In this document: positions 52,265 through 64,000 of the stretch, one piece after another
How positions within the stretch are numbered: position 1 is the first letter of the stretch
How the letters are laid out: each line of letters opens with the position of its first letter
Assembly (NCBI RefSeq): GCF_009914755.1
Contig: NC_060940.1
Source of the DNA: the human T2T-CHM13v2.0 reference genome, Homo sapiens
DNA: 64,000 nucleotides
Reading direction: 5' to 3' (one strand)
Made by a program: the position numbers and the translations under genes
Notes under the pieces: generated by a model
What the model saw: the letters and a program-made list of their open reading frames with translations, nothing else
The model's database searches: none
What the model was told of the DNA's origin: nothing

Positions 52265-52390
52265 AGAGGCAGGATAAGGTGTTCCAGACCCTGCCTGACA
52301 CCTGATCCGAAGAGGTTGCTCATGTTTGCTCAGGAGGTGAGGTTCACACAATAAAGGGCAGGAGGAGGGCTTGGACCTGGTATAAAACAT
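52265..52390 (+). promoter_or_regulatory. ZG16: ZG16 proximal promoter with TATA box
   Basis: TATAAAA 52381-52387. Upstream are GATAAG 52273-52278, E-box CACCTG 52299-52304, FOXA-type TGTTTGC 52323-52329 and CDX-type CAATAAA 52349-52355. Confidence 0.75.
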
Positions 52391-52409
52391 CTGGAAGTTT
52401 CCAGGGGGC

Positions 52410-52432
52410 TGCTTTGCATCTGAAACTGTCAG
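52410..52432 (+). other. ZG16: ZG16 non-coding exon 1 (TSS approximate)
   Basis: About 30 nt downstream of the TATA box. Donor CAG|GTGAGG at 52432/52433 pairs with acceptor ttcccactccag at 53383. Confidence 0.75.
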
Positions 52433-53390
52433 GTGAGGGGTGACAGAGATGCCTGAATCTGAGTTGGGGGGGAATTCAAATCTGAGCTGGCGAAGAGGAT
52501 GCCTGGAAGGAATGGCAGGAAAGACTTGAGTTAATTGGCGCTTCTGGGTCTGCAGTAATCTTAGGTGCAAAGCTGTCTAGGTCTCTGCTGAAGGACTGGG
52601 GACACCTGGGATGTTCAGGAGAATAGAAATGGCCAGATGTGTGTTAGTGGAGAAAAGAAGTGACACATAGACCAGGCACCTGGGGTCTAATATCTTGAGC
52701 TGGTCCCGACTCCTTCTGCAACTTCTCTGTCTGTCCTAGTTCCACCAGCACTGCTTGGATACTGGTGCTGGCACAGTTCCTTCTGTCACCAACTTTGCTC
52801 CCCAGGTAACATAGAGGCACCTCTAAAATGCTTCTTTCCTTGAGACCAGGTGGATGCCAGGGATTTAAACCATGCTCCAGGTGCCCCATAAGCCAGGCCA
52901 ATTCACCACAGATGATGAGGCTTTCTTTGCTCAGCCTCTGGGCTCAGTAAACTCAGCCATCTCTTTGCTTGGGAGAGGTCCTCTACTCCCTCCTTAGAAA
53001 ACTCGTTTCCTGGCTATGGCCATACCAACCCAAATGTACCTGGGCTTGGCTGACTTCAGAAAACTTTTCTGCTTTGTGCCAGGATGGAATAAGGCTTAAT
53101 CCAGATAGTTAGAGTTCATCTTCAGGCCTGAGAGAAAAAGAGGAGGGCTTGGCTACAGCCAGACCAGGGAGAGCTGGAGGGGTCAGGGACATTGAAGGTA
53201 GCATCAGAGAGGAACAGGACTACAGGCTATGGACAGTCCTTTCTAAGCTCAAGACTGGGTCTGCTAGGTCTAAGTTGAAGGACGAAGAAGGCTTGGTCTG
53301 AGCTGCAGGTCAGGAGTGCCTGGGTCAATCAAGTCAACAAGGAAGAAGGTGAATCTTCATTTGCTCTTTTCTTCCCACTCCAGCCCCAGA

Positions 53391-53445
53391 ATGTTGACAG
53401 TCGCTCTCCTAGCCCTTCTCTGTGCCTCAGCCTCTGGCAATGCCA
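53391..53445 (+). CDS. ZG16: ZG16 coding exon 1 (exon 2), signal peptide
   Basis: ATG TTG ACA GTC... = MLTVALLALLCASASGNA, phase-1 donor A|GTAAG. Confidence 0.96.
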
Positions 53446-53628
53446 GTAAGTGAGATACCAGGAGCCTGGTAATGGGGACTGGGGAAGGCAGCCTTGGGCA
53501 CTGCTGTTGGCCAAGGCTTTTGGAGGTTGGCTTGGGGTGGGGAGCTGAGTTGTCGGAGGAACAGGGGTGGTGCAGAGAAACTGAACTCCTGGAAGATTTC
53601 TCCCTCCAACTCCTGCTTGCCCCTCCAG

Positions 53629-53761
53629 TTCAGGCCAGGTCTTCCTCCTATAGTGGAGAGTATGGAAGTGGTGGTGGAAAGCGATTCTCTCATTCTGGCA
53701 ACCAGTTGGACGGCCCCATCACCGCCCTCCGGGTCCGAGTCAACACATACTACATCGTAGG
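53629..53761 (+). CDS. ZG16: ZG16 coding exon 2 (exon 3)
   Basis: ccctccag|TT CAG GCC... = IQARSSSYSGEYGSGGGKRFSHSGNQLDGPITALRVRVNTYYIVG, donor GG|GTAAG. Contains the jacalin GG loop. Confidence 0.96.
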
Positions 53762-53985
53762 GTAAGATTCTTTGAATTCCTGGCTGGGCGCGGTGGCTCA
53801 CATCTGTCATTACAATGCTTTGGGAGGCAGAGGCAGATCGCTTGAGGCCAGGAGTTCTAGCTCAGCCTGGGCAAGATGCCAGGGATGCCAGGGATTTAAA
53901 CCATGCTCCAGGTACCAAGACCCCATCTCTACCGAAGAAAAACAAAAAAATTAGCCAGGCATGGTGGTGAGTACCTGTAGCCTCA

Positions 53986-54135
<150 letters not shown>

Positions 54136-54227
54136 TCACCCAGGCTTCACAGTCTGTAGGACTAGCCAGAGACCTCTCATCCCTATCATCACCTTTCTTT
54201 CTCCTTCCTTCCTCCCCTCTTCCTCAG

Positions 54228-54543
54228 TCTTCAGGTGCGCTATGGCAAGGTGTGGAGCGACTATGTGGGTGGTCGCAACGGAGACCTGGAGGAGATCTTT
54301 CTGCACCCTGGGGAATCAGTGATCCAGGTTTCTGGGAAGTACAAGTGGTACCTGAAGAAGCTGGTATTTGTGACAGACAAGGGCCGCTATCTGTCTTTTG
54401 GGAAAGACAGTGGCACAAGTTTCAATGCCGTCCCCTTGCACCCCAACACCGTGCTCCGCTTCATCAGTGGCCGGTCTGGTTCTCTCATCGATGCCATTGG
54501 CCTGCACTGGGATGTTTACCCCACTAGCTGCAGCAGATGCTGA
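54228..54543 (+). CDS. ZG16: ZG16 coding exon 3 (exon 4), zymogen granule protein 16, jacalin-type lectin
   Basis: tcctcag|T CTT CAG GTG... LQVRYGKVWSDYVGG...GRSGSLIDAIGLHWDVYPTSCSRC*. The spliced CDS is 55+133+316 = 504 nt = 167 aa plus stop. Confidence 0.97.
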
Positions 54544-54618
54544 GCCTCCTCTCCTTGGCAGGGGCACTGTGATGAGGAGTAAGAACTCCCTTATCACTAA
54601 CCCCCATCCAAATGGCTC

Positions 54619-54624
54619 AATAAA
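54619..54624 (+). terminator. ZG16: ZG16 polyadenylation signal
   Basis: AATAAA 75 nt after the stop, with GT-rich sequence downstream. Confidence 0.8.
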
Positions 54625-56099
54625 AAAATATGGTTAAGGCTAGTCTGTGTGGGGGCATCTGTGGCTGGGATATCTGCCTCCTGACTTAGCCGGGGACGTG
54701 CAAATCTCACTTCTGGCTGGCTTTGGACATCTGTCTGGAAGATGGGAAGATGAGGGAGAGGTATGTAAGAATCCTGGGCTTTGTGCTATAATTTATCAAG
54801 AGGAGATGAGATTCTGGCTTGCATCAACGCTCTTCAAGGACAGCTCCTTGGAACATTGATCCAAACTGGAGTCATGGGTCTGAGGGCAAGGCCTAGTTGT
54901 GGCTTACACCAAAACCCCAGATGTCCCACTCTCCAGCTCTCCTCACCCCTGGTCCTCCCCTTGAGAAAGTGCTGAACTCACTTGCTGTGTGTGGGTGGCC
55001 AGGACCATTAGCCTTTGTTCTTTCCCAGAACCCACCTGACTCCTGAAACTTAGCTGAAGTCTGTGCCCGAGGACCCTGCCCTGTTACCAGGCCCAGTTCC
55101 TCCTCACCTCTACCCATGAGCCCCGGTGTCCTGCTAAGCCCTCTCAGATCTGGGATTCCTCCTTCCTCAGGAAGCCACCACCTTCTCAGCAGTGGAAACC
55201 CTGCCCACACTATGCTCTTAGGCTTTAGCCATCAGAAGGTTACAGTGGACTGCGGGAGGCTGACACTAGGCTGAACTCATTAAGGAATGAATGGGAGGTG
55301 AGAAGACACAGGCAGCAAGAATCGAGTGTTTCAAGAAGTTTGGCTCTGGTTTGCCAGAAATAGGCAAGTCAGTTTTCGGGGGTGTGAGGAAAAAGGGTTT
55401 TGTGTCTTTTTAAAATCCTAGACAGGAGAGTCACAAGCATGTTCACATGATAAAGAGGAAGAAAGAGAAAGAGGCTGGAGATTCTGAAAAGAGATCACTG
55501 GTGAGGTCTCAAAAGAGATGGAAGAGGATGGTTATGTAGTTGGGGAAAGAAATTTTAAGAAGGGAAGAAAATTAAAATGAGTGAAGGTATACGTTAGTTT
55601 TGTAAAAGTTATCAATATCTGGCTGGGCACAGTGCTCACACCTGTAATCCCAGCACTTTGGGAGGCCAAGGCAGGCAGATCATTTGAGGTCAGGAGTTGG
55701 AGACAAGCCTCCAACATGGTAAAACCCTGTCTCTACTAAAAATACAAAAATTAGCCAGGTGTGGTGGCAGTCACCTGTAATCCCAGCTACTTGGGAGGCT
55801 GAGGCATGAGAATCACTTGAATGCTGGAGGCAGAGGTTACAATGAGTTGAGACAGCACAACTGCACCCCAGCCTGGATGACAGAGTGAGACTCCATCTAA
55901 AAAAAAAAGGAATGTTATCAGTATCAAAATGGAGTAACATATGTCACATCCTAACAAAATGGAACCAACCTGACACCTAAATTAAGCATTGCACCTGATA
56001 ACACCATGGAGGACTGGGTGGAGAATCAGCAGAAAATGGCAGGGAGAGGCAGTCTGTGGACCAAGTTCAGGTGAAAGGATCACCCATCATGTTGGGCAT

Positions 56100-56408
56100 C
56101 AGATCAGGCAGGTTCACACACTACCTGAGGAAGCTGGTCTTTGTGACAGACAAGAGCTGCTCTGCCTCTTGGGAAACACAGGCACCAGTTTTAGTGCCAT
56201 CTTCTTGCACCCAAATGCTGTCCTTTAACTCATCAGTTACAGTGCTGGATCCCTCATCACTGCCAATACGGGGCTAGCAATATGTCTGCCCCAGTGAATG
56301 CAGCCGCCACGGAGCCCCAGCCTCCTCTATGGCAGGGGCCCTGTGGTGGGGAATGAGGACTTCTCTATCATTAACCTCCATGCAGTTGGCTCAAGAAAAG
56401 GATATGGT
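56100..56408 (+). pseudogene. Degenerate ZG16 exon-4/3'UTR copy A
   Basis: TACCTGAGGAAGCTGGTCTTTGTGACAGACAAG vs ZG16 TACCTGAAGAAGCTGGTATTTGTGACAGACAAG (YLRKLVFVTDK). Collinear through the 3'UTR, with frameshifts and stops. The polyA signal is degraded. Confidence 0.9.
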
Positions 56409-56510
56409 AGTTGGGCAAGGGGGCTCACACCTGTAATCCCAGCACACTTGTAATCCCAGGAGGGTCGCTTGAGCCCAGGAGTTTAAGGCCAGCCCGGGCA
56501 ACATAGCAAC

Positions 56511-56878
56511 CTGTTTGTAGGCAAAATGAGGAGTTGAAGTTCCCCGTAGGATCTTCTAGGGCTCAACCAGCCTTCATGTGCAGTGGGACTGGCAAGAAAT
56601 CTGTCATCCCTGTTACCACTTTGAAGGTCTCAGTGTGTATGCAGGTCCTGAAAAGTTCAAGTCCCACCTGAAACGCAACACAGCATCATGCTCTGATTCA
56701 TCAGTGATTCCCTAATCAATGCCATTGGCTTGCATTGGGACTATCTATCCCAGCCTATCCAGTGACTTCAGCAGCTGCAGAGCCCCAGCCTCTTCTTTGG
56801 CAGGGGCACTGTGGTGAGGAGGAAGGATTCCCTTATCACAAATCTCCATCCAATTGGTTCTATAAACAGATATGGTGG
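56511..56878 (+). pseudogene. Degenerate ZG16 intron-3/exon-4/3'UTR copy B
   Basis: GGCAAAATGAGGAGTTGAAGTTCCCCGTAGGATCTTCTAGGG matches ZG16 intron 3 (about 54096-54135). ATCAATGCCATTGGCTTGCATTGGGA and TGGCAGGGGCACTGTG match exon 4 and the UTR. Internal deletions are present. Confidence 0.9.
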
Positions 56879-56884
56879 CCCAAC

Positions 56885-58172
56885 TGTTGCGGGAAGTCAG
56901 GGACCCCGAACGGAGGGACTGGCTGGAGCCACAGCTGAGGAACATAAATTGTGAAGATTTCATGGACATTTACCAGTTCCCAAAATTAATACTTTTATAC
57001 TTTCTTATGCCTGTCTTTACTGCAATCACTAAACATAAATTGTGAAGATTTCATGAACATTTATCAGTTCCCAAATAATACTCTTATAATTTCTTATGCC
57101 TGTCTTTATTTTAATCTCAATCCTGTTATCTTCATAAGCTGAGAATGTACGTCACCTCAGGACCCTGTGATGATTGCATTAACTAACAAATTGATTGTAA
57201 AACATGTGTGTTTGAACAATATGAAATCTGATTGTAAATGTGCATTTGAACAATATGAAATCAGTGCACCTTAAAAAAGAACAGAATAACAGTGATTTTA
57301 GGGAACAAGTGCAGAGGTTACAATGAGTTGAGATAGTGCGACTGCACTCCAGCCTGGATGACAGAGCGAGATTTCATCTAAAAAAAAAAAAAAAAGAATG
57401 TTATCAGTATCAAAATGGAGTCACATATGTCATATCCTAACAAAATGGAACAAAAAGGGAAGATAACCATAAGGTCTGACTGCCTGCGGGGTCGGGCAAA
57501 AAGAGCCATATTTTTCTTCTTGCAGAGAGCCTATAAATGGACGTGCGAGTAGGAGAGATATCGCTAAATTCTTTTCCTAGCAAGGAATATTAAATATTAA
57601 GACCCTAGGAAAAGAATTGCATTCCTTGGAGGAGGTTTACAAATGGCCACTCTGGGAGTGTCTGTCTTATGCTGTTGAGATAAGGACTGAAATATGACCC
57701 GGTCTCCTGCAGTACCCTCAGGCTTACTAGGATTGGGAAATTCCAACCTGGTAAATTTTGGTCAGACCGGTTCTCTGCTCTCGAACCCTGTCTTCTGTTA
57801 AGATGTTTATCAAGACAATACATGCACAGCTGAACATAGGCCCTCATCAGTAATTCTAATTTTGCCCTTTGTCTTGTGATCTTTGCTTTGCCCTTTGCCT
57901 TGTGATCTTTACTGGCCTCAGAAGCATGTGATCTCTGTGACCTACTCCCTGTTCGTACACCCCCTCCCCTTTTGAAATCCTTAATAAAAACTTGCTGGTT
58001 TTGCGGCTCAGGTGGGGCATTATGGACCTACCGATATGTGATGTCACCCCCCACCAGCCCAGCTGTAAAATTCCTATCTTTGTACTCTTTCTTTTTATTT
58101 CTCAGACCGGCCAACACTTAGGGAAAATAGAAAGAACCTACGCTGAAATATTGGGGGCTGGTTCTTCTGATA
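56885..58172 (+). mobile_element. MER11 (HERV-K11/HML-8) solo LTR
   Basis: TGTTGCGGGAAGTCAGGGACCCCGAACGGAGGGAC...GAAATATTGGGGGCTGGTTCTTCTGATA, with 6-bp TSD CCCAAC (56879-56884 / 58173-58178). Confidence 0.92.
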
Positions 58173-58343
58173 CCCAACACCATGGCTCACAGCTGTAATT
58201 CCAACACTTCCAGAGGCCAAGGCAGGAGGATCACTTGAACCTTGGAGTTTGAGGTTGCCATGAGCTATGATTGTACCAGTGCACTCCGACCTGGGTGACA
58301 CAGTGAGACCTTGTCTCTAATAAGAAGAAAAAAATGCCATTTT

Positions 58344-59030
<687 letters not shown>

Positions 59031-59159
59031 TGTTGTTCAATCAAGTGGAACATAATGTCTAAACCAGGGCCTTACCTACCTGGAACTCAAAGGTGGAATG
59101 ACCTTCCCTGGCCAAGCTTCCAGAAGGGACAGGGAGCTACTTAACAGACTGCTGGACCC

Positions 59160-59600
59160 TTAACGACTGGAAACCGGAACCGTGGGTGACGGAACCGACC
59201 AGACGTGACAGCCCTTTGGCTGGGGCTGCAGTCCCACGATCCACACAACGACTCTGGCTCCGCAGACGCGCCAACCACCCACGGAGGCAAGAAACTGCCG
59301 AGAGTGAAGGGAAAGGGAGCCCAGTGCTGGGCGGCACTCAGCAGCTCCCCCAGCGGCCACTGTCGCCAACGTCTCCGCGTCGGGGTTTGTACCGCAGCTC
59401 GCGTCCAGTCGTCAATGGCTGCGAGGCCCATGCGCGCTCCAGCGTCCTGACCAGGGGAACGTTTTCCTTAGGGACCCGGAGGCGAGCGCTGGAGGGAGGG
59501 ATGGTTGCTAACGCAACTCTCTGCAGGGCAGACCCACCAGCACCCGCACGCAAACTACGGGCTGGAGCAGTCTAACAGAAACTCTCTCAAAGTCGCTCAC
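59160..59600. promoter_or_regulatory. Non-repeat CpG-rich island / putative promoter
   Basis: High CpG density relative to flanks (GACGCG, CCGCGTCGG, CTCGCGT). NRF1-like CCATGCGCGC near 59428 and ETS-like CCGGAA near 59174. Confidence 0.65.
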
Positions 59601-60629
59601 GGGTTGCCATTCTAGGTAAGATTTGTGAATAAAACTAATTCTTTAAAAGCCTGAGTTTTTCTTTAGTTGACAGTTTTAATTAACATACTCTTTTCTTTCC
59701 TCTTCTGCAGACCCAGCCTCACCATTCCAATGAAGACATCAATTAACCCATGCACAGCCGCTACAAACGGGGAGCTCATTGCCTGCAGGGAAGGACCCTC
59801 TACAGAGAGCTACCTGGGGGCTGGGAAGCAGGACCCCAGGCTGAGTCCTGCCTTTTGGTAGTGCCCCGCCCCGGCCAATGCGGCTGTTATATCAAAGTAC
59901 ATAAAAGTGAAGGCAAAGGGTGTCCACGTGGGATAGACTGGCATAGCTTCCTGGCCACCCATGGTGCTCCATTATCTCTTCGAGGACCCCTTCTCCACGA
60001 GACCCTCCAGGTCTGGTCCTCTATCGTCCAGCCCCCATTCTCTTCTCCATCACTGCTGCTGTGTCCCAGATGACCTTAATTTAATCTTCACATATTTGAA
60101 GGACAGAATCATCGGCCTCACCCACTAATTATTATTATTATTATTTTATTTTATTATTATTATTTTTTGAGACGGAGTCTCGTTCTGTCACCCAGGCTGG
60201 AGTGCATCACTGCAAGCTCCGCCTCCCAGGTTCACGCCATTCTCCTGTCTCAGCCTCCCGAGTAGCTGGGACTACAGGCGTCCGCCACCACGCCTGGCTA
60301 ATTTGTTGTATTTTTAGTAGAGACGGGGTTTCACCGTGTTAGCCAGGATGGTCTCGATCTCCTGACCTCGTGATCTGCCCGCCTCGGCCTCCCAAAGTGC
60401 TGGGATTACAGGCATGAGCCACCGCGCCAGGCCTAGACCCACTAATTATTTTTTATGGCACAAACTCTATGTTTTACTTTTGCCCAGGCTGGAATACAAT
60501 AGCGGCATGATCTCCGCTCACCACAACCTAGCCTCCTGGGCTCAAGTGATCCTCCCACCTCAACTTCCCAAGTAGCTGGGAGTACAGGCATGCGCCACCA
60601 CACTTGGCTAATTTTAAAATGTTTTGTAG

Positions 60630-61010
<381 letters not shown>

Positions 61011-61359
61011 TAGCCAGGATGGTCTCAATCTCCTGACCTTGTGATCCGCCCATCTCGGCCTCCTAAAGTGCTGGGATTACAGGCGTGAGCCATCGTGAGC
61101 AGCCTTTTTTTGAGGAGTCTCCAACTGTCACCCAGGCTGGAGTGCAGTGGTGCCATCTCGGCTCACTGCAAGCTCTGCCTCCCGAGTTAACGCCATTCTC
61201 CTGCCTCAGCCTTCCGAGTAGCTGGAACTACAGGCACCCGCCACCACGCCCAGCTAGTTTTTTGTATTTTTAGTAGAGACGGGGTTTCACCGTGTTAGTC
61301 AGGATGGCCTCGATCTCCTGACCTCATGATCTGCCTGCCTCAGCCTCCCAAAGTGCTGA

Positions 61360-61680
<321 letters not shown>

Positions 61681-62164
61681 TAGCTGGGATTACAGGTGTG
61701 TGCCACCACGCCGGGGTAATTTTTGTGTTTTTAGTAGAGACAGGGTTTCCCCATGTTGGCCAGGCTAGTGTCAAACTCCTGACTTCAGGTGATCTGCCCG
61801 CCTCAGCCTCCCAAAGTGTTGAGATTACAGGCATGAGCCACCACGCCTGGCCAAACCACCCTAATTTCTACCAGCCAGATGCAGATCCTTAAAACAACCC
61901 TAGGAGGTATTTCAACCATTATTCCCTTTTAATATCTGAGGAAATGGAGGCACAAAGAGGCTAAATCTCTGGTCTGGGCAGCCTGGCACCAAGGCCCTGT
62001 ACCTAAATGGTTTATTCAAACATAGAAGCCCTATCTCCTTGATCTATGCTCTTTTCACTATTTCTGGCAGGTTTCTTACCAAATATCTGGAGTTGACAAC
62101 AAATGTGAAAACTGATCAGCCTTTTCTGACAGGCAAGGAAGACCAAACTGCCAATTGCCAATGT

Positions 62165-63999
<1,835 letters not shown>

Positions 64000-64000
64000 T

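Noticed and set aside
54235-54543. Stand-alone 102-aa ORF
   Set aside because: It is ZG16 exon 4. The listed start is an internal GTG codon.
56935-57260. Direct repeats (AACATAAATTGTGAAGATTTCATG; TTTGAACAATATGAAATC) that could be taken for an array
   Set aside because: Internal tandem repeats native to MER11 LTRs. This is eukaryotic DNA with no CRISPR-like repeat-spacer structure or cas genes.
59205-59450. Faint resemblance of ORF peptide (GHCRQ...ARVQSSMAARP) to the recalled KIF22 N-terminus
   Set aside because: Too weak to separate from chance by eye, so not called as a pseudogene.

Overview
This is primate DNA, almost certainly human, and extremely rich in Alu elements. It is recognisable from two intact genes. 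C16orf54 lies on the minus strand with a single coding exon (18409-19083, 224 aa single-pass membrane protein). ZG16 lies on the plus strand with four exons encoding a 167 aa jacalin-type lectin (CDS 53391-54543). From recalled gene order this is the 16p11.2 QPRT-C16orf54-ZG16-KIF22 interval, with KIF22 probably starting just past the window end. The rest is mostly Alus, solo LTRs (LTR5B, LTR12, LTR8, MER11, THE1, MST, MER21, MER41-like, MER57, MLT1), old L1/ERV/DNA-transposon fragments and a 3'-truncated 7SK pseudogene; repeat subfamily names are by eye and need RepeatMasker confirmation. Nearly all listed ORFs are Alu, LTR or microsatellite artefacts. I cannot support a wholly new biological system. 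The most notable unexplained structures are: two decayed tandem copies of the ZG16 3' end; an old duplicated block (58.3-59.0 kb vs 63.2-63.8 kb) leading into an orphan CpG island with a canonical 95-nt intron; three same-strand short local copy events (31-230 bp moved 1-1.6 kb downstream); and a nested LTR8>AluY>LTR12 cassette head-to-head with the C16orf54 promoter.
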